Positions 1-12,575 of a stretch of 64,000 bases of DNA are shown here, piece after piece. This DNA is from Marsupella aquatica (lineage: Eukaryota; Plantae; Marchantiophyta): NCBI GenBank assembly GCA_973895155.1, contig OZ316897.1, positions 19,292,168 to 19,356,167 of the forward strand, read 5' to 3'. The stretch's first letter is position 1. Each line of letters starts with the position of its first letter. Made by a program: the position numbers and the translations under genes. The notes below the pieces were generated by a model. That model was not told where the DNA came from. It did not search any database and saw only the letters and a program-made list of their open reading frames with translations.

Positions 1-2103
1 AGCCAAGTTTTGCTAGTCCATCCAGTCTTCACAGCCAACCAGCCGGTCCATCCAAGCTTAGCTTCCGTCTATCTTTGGAACATGTAAAAGAAGAGATGGA
101 GCTCAATTTTCCTATATCTTTAGAACAAGCAGTGGCAGTTGCCCTCCCAAGAAATGAAAAAGTGGGATTTACTAGATTGTCAATTTTTTGGTATAAACAT
201 ATCTTGTCACTGAATTCTTTTCTATTTATCACAATTCCACTATTTTTGTTCATGGGTTAAGAAAACTAACTCAGGTTAGTTTTTTCACATCCAATGGTTG
301 TCATCACTCCCAGTTTCTTGTTTGGACTGCCCAGGTCTCCTTCAAGCTAATTTTGACCACCCTTTGATCAACTTTCCAAGGGGTGGGTTGGGTCAGTCCT
401 CCCATCCTATGCCCAACCTTTGTCCAGGGCCAGCTTGTCCCTAGGCATAACCTCAGCCTTTATCTTGTTGAGGGTGGTCAAAGTCATCTTCAGGAAGACC
501 AGAGCCATCCTATGACGGCACTTGGTGCAATGAGAGCCAATTAATATAAATGAGCTGGGCCAGGTTAATTTTCTTAACATAAACAGTATGATAAATGGGA
601 AAAATAAATATTCTTAATACAAGCATTCTGATAAATAGACAAGATCAGGAGGCAAAGTAGCTATTAGACCCAAAAAGATGGCATCTAGTAAATTCCGAAC
701 GAAAAGTCACAAGTGTCACGTCTTGTAAAACCCCCTTGCTCGCAAACAGTAAGACTTCCGTTGTCCTTCAGCCGAGTCACGAGTGGGGCTCGAGCACTGT
801 GCCCAGTACTCGCCGACTGGGCGGGCCCGAAGCCGATCGATGGCCCGCTCGATTCCATCGAAACAATCATGGGGCTGAGCTCCAACTTCCCAATCCCGGG
901 ATGGATTCTCATCCCTGATCCCCGATTAATTTAGAGCTCGCTCGCTGCCCACTCCCATAGCTTAGCTCAACAGCTGCTGCTGTCGGCTCGCTCAGTTCTG
1001 GAAAAGTCGAAGGGAGTACTGTGATTAGAAGTACCGCCCTTCGAATGTGGCTGACAGCAGCAATTATTGTGCTGGAATCAATCCCGTTCCTGTGCTCGCA
1101 AGCGAGAGGACGAGCGACGTATCGTACCTGATGAGCTTCGGAGCTGCAGAGTGCCGGTGGAGAAACGTGCTGCCTCCGTTTTGGTTTGTTGTGTATCTCG
1201 TTGGCGTTCTGCGGGGGTTTGTTCTTTTATCTTTTCGTCGGTTTGATGTCGTAGAGCTCTAGAGTGGAGTTTTGTTTTGTGTCTTCTTTACGAAGAAGAG
1301 TGTGGCGCTCGCGGAGCGGGGCGAGCCATTCACTCGTCGTCAAGATCCGCTGTTGATGTAGTCTTGAACTCGCGGAGTCGCTGTGGAGAACTTGGAGGAG
1401 CTTATCTCGTCTCTGTTCGTGCTGCTATGCTAACGACTGGGTTGACGGGGAGAGAGGGAGGGAGGGAGAGCTCCAGCTGCACACGAATGTCGGTTGAAGG
1501 CTTCGAGAAATTGGAGTCAGGTTTCGTTGTATTTGTGGAATGCAGCGAGCATTATTAGTGACGATGTTCGAGGAGAATTTCGTGCATTAGGGTTAGCTGT
1601 GGAGGAAGAGAAATTCTGGTGTTTTTGCTTGGTGAACACGTTCGTACGACGAGGTAGGGCTGCTGCTGGACCTCGAAGGGAGGAAGGCCCGGAGCCGATA
1701 CGTCGGTCTTTCTTCTGGCGGGTAACATTGTGGAAGGAAGGACGGAAAATTCCTTCAAAGCAGGGACAGGTACAGTGACGGGGTCTCGGGGTGACGCAGG
1801 TCTGACTTTTATCAGTTGAACAAATGTGGACGAAGAGGACAACGAATGCTCATTGTTAGGTCAGCGAAGTGGCTTCAACACAGTCGAACACGACTGCGGG
1901 TGAATCTGAATGAGGACATTGGGTCGGTGCTGAGAGGAGCTCGTAGAGGAAGAAGGCAGGCACAGAGGTTCTGCGGACAGGGCTCTCTTTCAAAGCTGCC
2001 AGGATAGGATTGCCGGGTGGACTGTCGGTGTTGTTCTTGGTTTGTTTGTATCGACAAATGTATCCCTGAGTTGCTAGGAGTGCGTAAAATAGGGCTGTGA
2101 AGC

Positions 2104-2734
2104 ATGGGAGAATTGGAGGCGGGCTTTGCAAAGCTGCAGGGTGAGGACTTTGAGTACTATATGCAAACGTATTCGATCATCCTCGGTAGGAATAGCAAAA
2201 AGTCTTCTGTGGACGTGGACCTGGCGGGCCTAGGAGGTGGCATGAACATTTCTCGGCAACATGCTCGAATCTACTACGACTTTGAGCGAAGACGGTTCGT
2301 GCTGGAAGTATTGGGGAAGAACGGTTGCTACGTTGAAGGAGTTCTCTATTTACCGGGAGCTCCGTCCATTAAACTCGATTCGCAAGACCTCCTTCAAATT
2401 GGCGACAAGAAATTTTATTTCCTCTTACCTGCCAAAAAGCCCACGAGTAGATCAGCCACTTCAGCTTCTCCTGCAACTGGAGCCGTGTCTAGAAAGCGAC
2501 CTGCTAATTCGGCCAAGGCTTCTGGTTCTGTGAAGGGTGGTATGGACGATCCTTCACTGCTCTTGCAATCTTCCAAGAAGGGTCGAGCCTCTGGTAAACA
2601 GGAAGTGGCCGGAGGTGGTGGTACTGGTGGAGGGCGAGATAAGAAGTCGTCGTCCGTTTGGCTTGGTCACGAAGGTGGGGACGGAATTACTGCAGCTGGA
2701 AGTAGCAGTGCTCAAGTCATCAATTCCCATTCTG
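2104..2734 (+). CDS. FHA2: FHA-domain protein (FHA2-like), coding exon 1
   Basis: MGELEAGFAKLQGEDFEYYMQTYSIILGRNSKK...ISRQHARIYYDF...LGKNG matches the N-terminal FHA domain of plant FHA1/FHA2. The 3' boundary is uncertain: phase-1 donors at 2735 (GTCCGG) and 2594 (GTAAAC) both fit exon 2. Confidence 0.88.
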
Positions 2735-2971
2735 GTCCGGATACATTAACCTCATGTCCCCACCGAATGTGAGGATGAGAGTGTGCATCATGCTAGATTG
2801 ATAAGCCATCTTGTGGTTTTTCTATGCTCTGGACTGTAGTGTCAATGTTTGTCATCGACTGGGCTCATTGCCATATTTCATTATGGTCTACGTGATGGTA
2901 GTGCTAAGATAAGTGGACCCGAGTTTGCTATACCAGTTTTGTGTCTTATTCTTGAGAAATGTGCCTTTCAG

Positions 2972-3123
2972 ATCAAAAAGTAGACATGAGACGGAGAGGG
3001 GAAGAAACGGGCCTTTCGCATTTGAAGATCGAGGAAAGAGAGGTTGTATCAGCGATTACTACTGTGCTACAAGAACTTTGTGCCCCAGGCGAATGGATGC
3101 CCATCGCGAGGCTCGATCGTGAG
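2972..3123 (+). CDS. FHA2: FHA2-like, coding exon 2
   Basis: Acceptor tttcag at 2971, donor GTGAGG at 3124. Encodes EEREVVSAITTVLQELCAPGEWMPIARL, like the conserved FHA2 C-terminal block (EEKDVVSSVATVLSDLCGPGEWMP). Confidence 0.88.
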
Positions 3124-3445
3124 GTGAGGTGACTCTTAGTTAGGACTGTGAATGGTTGGTTTTGAAATTCAGCAACCTTTTCACTGTTGTCTGATGCTTA
3201 AGTTCGTTGCCTGCTCCTCCTAGATTGAGGTACTTTTGTAAAGTTGCGAGGTGTCTGTTAGGGCGCAAATTTACTAGGGAAGATTTCGAATCCCACAAGG
3301 TCTTCTGACTTGTAATAGAGAAACTGACAATTTAGGGAGTTTTCTGACTTGTAATAGAGAGACTGCCAATGTACTCTTTTGTGTTGTTGAAGTTCTTAGG
3401 CTTTGGATCTGTTTTTGACTCTTTGCCGTTAACCGTTGATTGTAG

Positions 3446-3661
3446 CTGGGAGACCATTACAGTCATTTAGTCTCGCAATCGAAACTTCGTAGAGTTGTTC
3501 AAGCCCAAGAAATGAGTACGATTGACGGTGAAACCCGAGCTAAGGCGTGGGCTGGCTTGTTGGTTTTGTTGAGGAAGTATCCTCTGCAATTCGTCATCAA
3601 CACGAAACTGAAAGGTCGTATCACAGCAGAGTACGTAGCATTAGTATCAGATGGGATGTAA
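3446..3661 (+). CDS. FHA2: FHA2-like, coding exon 3
   Basis: Acceptor tgtag at 3445; 72 codons ending TAA. Encodes WAGLLVLLRKYPLQFVINTKLKGRITAEYVAL, matching the FHA2 C-terminus. Confidence 0.9.
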   Translation: MGDHYSHLVSQSKLRRVVQAQEMSTIDGETRAKAWAGLLVLLRKYPLQFVINTKLKGRITAEYVALVSDGM

Positions 3662-4511
3662 GTAGTTTGAGGGCTCATTGATTGAAGTGTAGACATACCT
3701 TTTTCATCTGTGTATCATACTATCTCTTACGGTCGTCAAAGCTGCAGAATCTGAAGCAGTTGTAAGCTTTCCTAGGCAATATCCCTTGTGAGGTGCAGCT
3801 GGGAATGCCTACTTGCTTCTCCTTTTGTCGTGGAGTCTAAGAGATGTCGATTGAGTTAGTCTCCTCCTTTGATGCCATTCTTAGTACAAGGAAGACATTA
3901 TGTGGATCCTTTGGAATCACAGTTTGTTAAACCCTAGCGAAAGTTTTGACCAATGACCAGAGGTGATTCGGCACACTCTGTGTTCCGTTCTTTCTTGTCT
4001 TGATGTAATGCTTTCTCGTACTCTTCGATCCCTAGTGAATTATGATTTTTTCCTGACCACGGGAAGAGAATGGAAGTGAAAATGCTTTCGATTGAAATGC
4101 TCTGACTGAAGCTTTCGATTGAAAACCTAGAAAATTGAGCATACAGTCGCATCGCCCATCAATCTAAGTACAATTGCTTCGTGGGCCTCGTCTTTTTTAT
4201 GAGGTGCAATTACTAGGTTTCTGCCTTGATGAAAAACTTACTGACCTTTTAACTTGATCTCTGAGATTAGAGAGGCTGTGACGAACCCTACAGATTCTCA
4301 GGTGCTGTGGATGGTCTTGAATACGTCACGCTTTCAGAGTCTGCAACATATTTTTTGTTTGGGAGCTTAGCTGTTTAGAAATGCGCGAGTAAAACAGTTT
4401 CGTCCCTGTCTCTCTATCACGGTTTGAAGAGAGGATTTGCCGTCTGTTCGGTTTGATATAACTGGATCGTTTATATTTTTGTTCATGTCTAGTAGTGAAC
4501 TTAGATACCCT

Positions 4512-5015
4512 AACCTGCCACCCTATTAGGCCCAATGGTTACTTTGCACGTTGTGAAATTTATTTTGCAGGATGTCACTACGTTAACCAAAACCAACCCA
4601 GGTCAGGTCTGTCCACATTGATGGGTGACAATGCGCTCGTTACCGACTGCCTAGATGGAATGGGAAAACAAACCCGTCGTTGGTGTTGTTGGCAGGTGAG
4701 GGCGGGCATGTAAGTTTACCTAGCAGGGGATACATGACAAGTGAGCTTGCGTCCCTAGTGTGGGCATGTGTTCATGACCAAATGAGGTTGAGAGCAGCTC
4801 AGTTCGAGCTATGGTGAGAGCAACAGGAGGTGGCGATAGCAACAACGGTCTGTTACCCCATTCCATCTCGGCCGTTTCTAACGAAGGTGTTGGAAATTGT
4901 GGTCCATATGGACAGAACTAACCTAGGCTGGTTCTGGTTATACCAATTGCATTTTGATAAAAAAAAGTAATAACCACGACAAAGTAACCATTTGCTTGGA
5001 AAAAGAGTGGCGAAT
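4512..5015. mobile_element. Foldback/MITE-like element with long imperfect inverted arms
   Basis: 4534-4682 is an imperfect reverse complement of 4841-4992 (AATGGTTACTTTG, AACCA.AACCA.C, CTGTCCA, AGATGGAATGGG). Both strands give similar spurious peptides (NQNQPR). Outer ends approximate. Confidence 0.6.
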
Positions 5016-6105
5016 GCCAACAATTCATGAATGAATGAAAGGAAGTTCTGTGCGTTTCTGTTCATCTGGTTATAGCAGGTCTGTTGGAGGCTGTTGAACT
5101 CCAATCATGTCACCTAAATGCCTCTGTTTTTTAATTTTGCATGGTGGTAATGATTCCACTCAGCAGAGACTTTTCTTTGGAAGGACTTTGTCATGAGAAA
5201 CGTTGTGACATCGTAAGCAGTGTAGCAAGTCTCTTGATTTGCAGATCACGACGGCAATAAGCTCTTTTCATCCAAAGTATGATGCGGTCCTGCTGAATCT
5301 CCTGGTATTGACAATTTCGAAATTTTGGAACTGTGAATAATTTCTCATTCATTTTACTTGCTGCAAGTACACTTATTGCTATGAAAAATGAGGTCATGGT
5401 TTGAGGGAAGAAGTTGCATCCTTCTGATTTTGGATATGACTGAGGTTGGAAGATTCTCCCTAGTTGGGGGATGAAGTCGCAAATTGCAATTGAATGTTTC
5501 TCCTAAGAAAGCCTGAAGGTACATTTGCAGTCAATTAAGGACAAGAGGCAAGATCAAGGCGAGTTATTGCTATTGGCTCACCTGTTGCCTGTTTCTGCTC
5601 TTGACCCTTTTATTGGAATAAATACTAGGTCTGAGAAGAATTAGACATCGATCAGGCTTTGGACCAGTGGCACAACAGATAAGTGTGGCAGGAGAGGTCT
5701 AAGGATTGAATCCTGCCGTAGTCATGCATTCTTAACATACATCCCACCCAAGAGTGGCTCTGATGCAGCTTTTGAGCCAGTGAAAATTGGCATAGTCCAC
5801 ATTTGCGTGCGGAGGTAGCGGTGCTCGAGGCCCATGAATGAGTCTCGATCTTGCTATTGGTCCTAAATTGCAGCCAGGGCACAAAACAGCAGCTTTGTAT
5901 CTCAAATTTGTGGGGCTTTTAGGTTCTGTGCTTCGAAAGTACTTTGTCATGACTCAAGTTATGACTCAGACTTGATTTGCAAATTAGAAGGACAACTAGC
6001 TCAATTTCTATCCAAAGGACCCAAACCAACGTTCTCTCCAACCTTGGCAGTATGGGAGGTACTTATGTAGATGATCCAGGGATGCCCATGCAAGACTAGG
6101 GGGAA

Positions 6106-6450
6106 TTTATCAAGATGTGTAGCACTATAATAAGCCTCCCTCTACTGATGTTCCATTATATCATCCATTTCTTTATGTTTCCATCCATTACTGGTATTTT
6201 CTTGAAGGCCCACTTTATCAAGATGTGTCTTGCTTGGTGAGCACTATAATAAGTGTCCCTCTACTGATGTTCCATTATATCATCCATTTCTTTATGTTTC
6301 CATCCATTACTGGTATTTTCTTGAAGGCCCACTTTATCAAGATGTGTCTTGCTTGGTGAGCACTATAATAAGTCTCCCTCTACTGATGTTCCATTATATC
6401 ATCCATTTCTTTATGTTTCCATCCATTACTGGTATTTTCTTGAAGGCCCA
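6106..6450. repeat. ~120-bp tandem repeat, 3 copies
   Basis: Unit TTTATCAAGATGTGT...GGTATTTTCTTGAAGGCCCAC repeated nearly identically; first copy slightly shorter. Confidence 0.9.
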
Positions 6451-6859
6451 CTAGCTGTTAACGAATAGCATACATGTGGAATTCTGAATAGGGTGGAGGA
6501 TAAGCAAGGGAGTGCCAAGTTTTAACTTAGGCATTTGATTTCATATGGCGCCCACAAAGTTCTTGCAGGAACTGTAGGAAGCCCCTCCCACATGCAAGTG
6601 ACTAGAGCAATTAACCTTGAGTATGATGCTCTACAAATCCAGCTGGTCTCCCCTCATAACAAACTCCAACAAAGCAGGCTCGATCTTCATCAATTTCCGC
6701 CCATGAGTAAGCTGTTCTATTCAAATTTCCTTGTATGCCTTGTTGTGGTATAGGCTTGCTGGCTTAAGTTTGGACAGCTGAATTTTTGGTACTGTGATCG
6801 GACTGATGTATTACAAAAGGTCGGGGCACTTTTGATTTGTTTTCAATGCTTGTTCTTAA

Positions 6860-7075
6860 AATAGACTCCAGACCACATGTATTTTGAATTTAAATTCAAT
6901 AAATGCAAATCCCTGGAATGAAAGAACCAACTTGTACAAATGTTTGGACCACCTCCATAAGTAGAGGTCCTCTAAAATTCTGGACAAAGTAAGCACTCCT
7001 CATGAGCATTTACTAAGGTCTACTACTTGCCATATAGAATAGGTACACACCATAACTCAATGGGTCTCCAGGAGC
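6860..7075 (+). repeat. Dispersed repeat, with an inverted copy at about 35500-35670
   Basis: TAGACTCCAGACCA, TTTGGACCACCT and AATTCTGGACA match the reverse complement of 35500-35670. Boundaries approximate. Confidence 0.55.
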
Positions 7076-9346
7076 CATTTTCTTCTGTATTTAGTCAAGG
7101 TGGCTCCTACTGACCTATGGAGTAAGGAAAGTTGGCTATTGCATGTGTCCTTTGGGTTGCAGCCAAGTGGCTAATAGTCTTTGGTTAAGAGTAAATTCAC
7201 TGGCTAACCTCAAAGCTTAGCAATGCACTCAGGTGGCTAGTGGTAACTTGAACAGTTGCTCTCCCTAATAGAAATTGAGATATTAACTTTTGGGGAAAAT
7301 TTATTGGCTCCCCTAGCTCATTCTTGGGAAAACTCCACTAGCTCATTCTCAGCTGGCAACTATCTGCATGGCAGGCAATCAGCCCTGACCTTGCCTAGGG
7401 CTTGCTGGCAAATAATGCCAGCCCTTGATTCTGATGTGGCAAATGGCTGCCATTTTTTCCAGAATGTAGCCCCAGTATCAATAGCCAGCCCCTTTTCTAG
7501 GTAAGTTTTTGGCAGATTTTTTACCCACAACAAAATGGCTGGTCCTCAGTTTTTTGTACAGCAACTGCAACCATTTCCACTCATTATACAGTCCACATTC
7601 GATATTTCCACTCATTATACAGTCCGCATTCGATCTCATAAGGAAAACATGAAGCTATGGGCTCATGATTGCTGGTAAGGCCACCTTTGTGAGTCTTTGC
7701 TTCTAGCTTCACTTGGAGAGTGTAATACTAGGGCACCTCCGAATTATTGTTTGCCTTCTGTCATCTTCAAGCCTAAGGGACCACCTACTGTTGGTCTGGA
7801 TATTTGTCTATCTAAAGCCCTGGCAAGGGTGTCCTAGAACAGTACAAGCAATACAGGATGCTTTGGAGATACTTATTCCAAAACATCGCATTTTCAGAAG
7901 CAAGACAAAGGCACACCATCCAAGTGCAAGCAGCATAAACTAATAGGTAAAGGTCTCCCTGGGGCCTCACTCTAAGGGGGGTCCCCATCTCACTACCGGT
8001 AGCAATGTTTTGGTGTCATATATAAACATCCTAAATATTAAGAGTCTAAACATTTCTTTTGACAGTATTTTGTACCCCATGCTTTTTGGAGTATTAAAGT
8101 AATACTCCAAAGTTTGGTCTTTGAAACCCGAAGTTTTCTTATAATGCTCGATATTGGTTTCAAAAACTCCTATTTTTTTCACAAAACGTTATAAAGTCTT
8201 CTATAAAAACCAATAGAAACAATAGGAACAGCATTGGAAGTGCAAAGTTTTTAAGGGAAACATGTGAAACCTGACAAAAAGGGAACAGTCCATCACAACA
8301 TTTGAACACTAGACCTATCACTCTCAACTCAAGTGAGCTATCACACAGCCATGTCTCTCTAGGCAAATATTAAAACTATCTTCTAATATCTCTGAATTTT
8401 GGGGTCCTCACAAGACATTGTATTCTTATTGGGAAATGTTAGGGCTCCATAAAGACAATAGTGTTGTCTGCCCATCCATGTGTAATGAGAAAGAAAGGGT
8501 GACAGCAAAATTGTTCGGGTGAACTGACATTTGCCATGCAACTTCCTGTGATGACATGGGAATGGTCAAGCAAAGCAAAAAGTCTAAATGAAAGGATATA
8601 CATTTTGCATCATGAATGACCCCATAAATAACAAACAAAGGTAAATTTCTTATTTGGCCTTGCCAGGACTAACATTTTCTGGTCTGTAATGCTGAAGAGT
8701 GAAGGGTTTTCATCAAAACTTCTGCAAAGGCTACTTGCACTAGAGACGTACTAGCTTGGGTTTTTCCCCCTTTCCCTGAAGATAAACTAAGCCCGTCCTA
8801 ATCACGGAACTCCGATAATTATTATCACCAGAAAATAGTCAATTCTGCACTTTGAAGTCAACAATGAAAATTATCATTGACTTGCTAGGTGGTCTTTTCC
8901 ACCTCGTTTGACTTGGTATTTTCTAAACGGAAAGTGGCTTAAACTTTGTAAACAAGGGGCTCCAAGTGGAGCAGTTAGAGAGCAAAGCAACAGCACTAAA
9001 AGCCAACAGATCAGACCAAAAAGCCACCGTGGAGGCCAGCCTAAGACAAGACCTAAAAAGTGCTCCAAACCAACTACACTAGAGGCTCTAAACCTTGCAG
9101 GGGACGAAAGCTCCTATTTACAAAGAAGCATAGACACCCCTTCCCCCCCCCCCCCCCACCCCCCCCCTTCCCTTAATTCATAAATGATGGCCCATAGTAA
9201 CCCTTTTTAATATAAAAATATGGGTTCCTCAGATTGACATAGTTCCAACGTTGACATTTCCCATCACCCTCAGACGGGCCCTCAGAGCAGGGAACTGTGG
9301 GGCACCTATTGTGAGGATGGAGGAGGGCGCTCTGGTAATAAGGAGG

Positions 9347-9493
9347 GTGTGGGTGAGTGAATCTGATCCAAGGGCAATGGAAACCATCAAATTGTTCAAT
9401 GTGACTACCTCATGGTCATAAGATCTGGTGTGGGTGGGTGAATCTGATCCAAGGGCAATGGAAACCATCAAATTGTTCAATGTGACTACCTCA
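9347..9493. repeat. 81-bp-period tandem duplication
   Basis: GAATCTGATCCAAGGGCAATGGAAACCATCAAATTGTTCAATGTGACTACCTCA occurs twice. Confidence 0.9.
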
Positions 9494-10643
9494 GGGCCAT
9501 AAGATCTAGTGTGGCTAGCCGGAGTTGTCACAGTATTAAATTAATCAATATTAAAATTGTCACAGTATCAATTAATCAGAAAGAGGTGGCAAGCTAGTAA
9601 ATGTAAAACACACACACACACACACACACACCCTTGCCTGCATGCCAGTTGATCAGCTATTGTGTTGTGGGGGTTCCCTTTGAAAAAACAAAAGACATTT
9701 AATTTACAGACAGTGGTATAGTGGAGATTTCTATTAAACCTCCCCCATACTTGTGTTTCATTTAGTGCCTCTGTTGTGCATCTTGGACAATAGTTGAACC
9801 TGTCCATAAACTTGTTTGACCAGGCATGACTTGTGACTCTTTCTTGATAAAAAATGGCACAAAATGACAAAAGAACAAAATTTATGCATGGAAACTTCTT
9901 TTACAACCAAATATATATAACACCAAATCCATTCTATTTATTTATTAAAATTTTCACACCAAATCCATGTGACAGCGAAATCAAAAGATTTTCTATATTA
10001 ACACCAATACATACAAAGCCATGACTTTACGGATAGGTTTATTATGTTGCAAACTTGTTTCTAAATTTAAACTTAGAAGTGGCATATGGATCTGTCCTAT
10101 ATGAAGAAAGGAAAAGAAAAGATTTTCCCATTTTCAAACACTAATAAAATATGTTTAGCAACAACATACATGTTTAGGGTTACACTTGTTTTTCTTTTCC
10201 CTTGTTTGGACTTTGTCCTCTTTGGACCTCTTTTTCTTTCCTTTCATTGTACTTTGATTTATAGATTTTGAATTTTAGAATAAATAATAATAATAAAATG
10301 GGAGACATCAAGTTTGACTTGGTCTTACTCAAAGTTCAGTTGTGCTTTAGGGGTGACACATGGAACCTATCTCGTGTGCCAAAAGGAAAAAGAAAACTTT
10401 GCACAGTTGCAAAGAAGACAAAACACTAACACAACAGTCAACTCAAGTCAATTGAAGTTACTGCAAACAACTTTTGACACCAGTTTATTATTGTTTTGGG
10501 GAACAGGTCCTCTTTGTTTGAGAAATAGTATTTTTCATTACAAGTTCTTCTAGTAATGACAAGTTGATAGAAACACAATTCACTTGATTCTGTTGGTAAT
10601 AGCAACTTGAAACAACAAAAAGGCCCATAAATGTAGAATCATT

Positions 10644-11266
10644 TGTTGAGCAAAGACAGCATTCATAACGGTAAGTACATAATCATTTAACGCAAAAGTA
10701 GTCAACATGGAGAGATAAGTGGTTCACCTCAGCTGAGGCTACGTCCACGAGATCACACCAGAGCCCACTACACTAGGACCATCGGCCATAATTACCAAGT
10801 CTCCGTAATACGAGATTTCTCTATCCCTCAATTGGCTCCATAACAATGAGCCTAAGTTCCTCCTATCCAAGAAAACATCGTTTACCATTTTGGATATAAT
10901 ATGCAACATAATTAACCTAACCTAGTTTGCAACTAAGGTTAGCACTAAGTAAAATTAAAGTCATAACCCTAAATCTAAGAGTAAATGCCTAGCAATCTGC
11001 CCCCTTGACTCCGGTCTAGGGGAGGGTAATACTGCTCACCTACATGATTACTTAGGGAGAAGTTTTGGACAAAAACCAAACCGGTTGCCTTTGACTCTCT
11101 AACTAGAGCAAACTAGAACTAAGCCAGAGTCTAATACATAGGAATGAACAAGAAAATATATCAATAAATTACATAATTGTTAAGAAAACACTACTTGTGA
11201 TGCAATTATAAAACCCGCAACATGTCACAATGTGTAGAGAAACTTTCCAAATGAATCATTTTGGCG
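10644..11266 (-). mobile_element. Truncated copia 3' fragment (RNase H end, 3' UTR, PPT, 3' LTR 10644-10994), related to the 11449-17497 element
   Basis: Reverse complement aligns with 16810-17497. PPT AAGGGGGCAGAT at 10995-11006; LTR begins TGCTAGGCATTTACTC and ends GCTCAACA. Confidence 0.85.
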
Positions 11267-11448
11267 TTAGATACATATTGAATGGGTCTCCTCAATAGTT
11301 TGACTACTTTATGACCTTGAACTTACAAGACGTCATGCCATTACTCAGGAACACCAGTTTTTAGTTGACCCAAAAGTGTAAAATGAAATCATGATCTAGA
11401 TTATTTGACCATCTTTGTGCTCGTAAAAAATGGAGCAAATGATCTCGA

Positions 11449-11869
11449 TGTTGGGTATTTACTCTTACGTCTAGGTTAGGTATGACGTGGTTGGTACAAC
11501 AACGTGGGTTGGTACAACTACGTGGTTAGGTACAACTACGTGATTAGGTACAACTATGTGGTTAGGTACAACTACGTGATTAGGTACAACTATGTGGTTA
11601 GGTACAACTAAGTTGCACACTATATCATAAGAGGCATGTGTGCTTGGAGAGGTAGAACCAAGGCTCATTGTTATGGAGCCACTTGAGAGATAGGGAGAGC
11701 GTACACTGTGGAGACTCGGTATAGCCGACGGGCTTAGAGTTCAGTAAAGCTCTCTTGTGTGTTCCCGTGGACGTAGCCTCAAGGAGGTGAACCACGTATC
11801 TCTTGTGTCGACTATTGTGCGTTGGATGGTTCATGGGCTTGCCGTTGCGATCGTCGTCTATGCTCAACA
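11449..11869 (+). repeat. Copia 5' LTR (421 bp)
   Basis: TG...CA ends; identical by eye to 17077-17497. Confidence 0.97.
11485..11609 (+). repeat. 18-bp tandem array (7 units) in the LTR U3; second copy at 17113-17237
   Basis: Consensus ACGTGGTTAGGTACAACT. Confidence 0.95.
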
Positions 11870-11871
11870 AT

Positions 11872-11883
11872 TGGTATCAGAGC
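11872..11883 (+). promoter_or_regulatory. Primer binding site (initiator tRNA-Met)
   Basis: TGGTATCAGAGC 2 nt after the 5' LTR. Confidence 0.95.
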
Positions 11884-12575
11884 ATGCTTGGGAGCTGACG
11901 TGTGTTCGTGACGGGATTTCATGACGGTTTTTCCAGCGTTGAGTGTTGGTGGATTTTCCAGAGTTCCATCGCATGGAACTTGGAGTTTATGGGCTCAACG
12001 GATAGATCAGGGCAAGAGCTTTCTAACGGTGTGAAGAAATCGTTGAACGGAGCTCGTGGTGCAGAGAGATCTAAGTTTTCGTCGTTCTGGATTTTGTGAA
12101 GAAAGTTGGCAATCGACTCGGAGGGAGAAGCGTCAAGTGTTTTGACTCAACGGAGAGATTGAGGCAAGACGATTGTTTTTGAGTCCGGGATTGGCTCTTT
12201 GATGCAAAGAGGAAGGCTAAGCAAAATCAATTACCTTGTTGGACTTGGTGACGGCACCAAGTGCAATTGATCAACATTCGTTGTTGATAAGTGAGGTCGT
12301 AGCCATTGAAGTTGGCAATGCAGCGCACCAATCACATCGCAATTCCGACAACGGGTTGTACTTGGTATTTCGGTTATTCCCTGAGGTGGTCAAAACGGGG
12401 GAGTTTCCCAAGGTTTTACCCACCTCGACCAAAATTTGAATAACTTTTCCGTCAAATTTCGATTTTGATTTCGGTTTTCAGTATTGGACTCCTAGCTTTG
12501 TGGGCTACGCGGCGGTGTTGAGTTTCGAGTTTTTTGAGAAGTTGTGAAAAACAACATTTTTTGTGACTTTCTCAT

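Noticed and set aside
11485-11609. CRISPR-like repeat array
   Set aside because: No spacers; a head-to-tail repeat inside a plant LTR.
11471-11668. Minus-strand ORF with VVPNH repeats (also 17099-17296)
   Set aside because: It is the translation of the 18-bp LTR tandem array.
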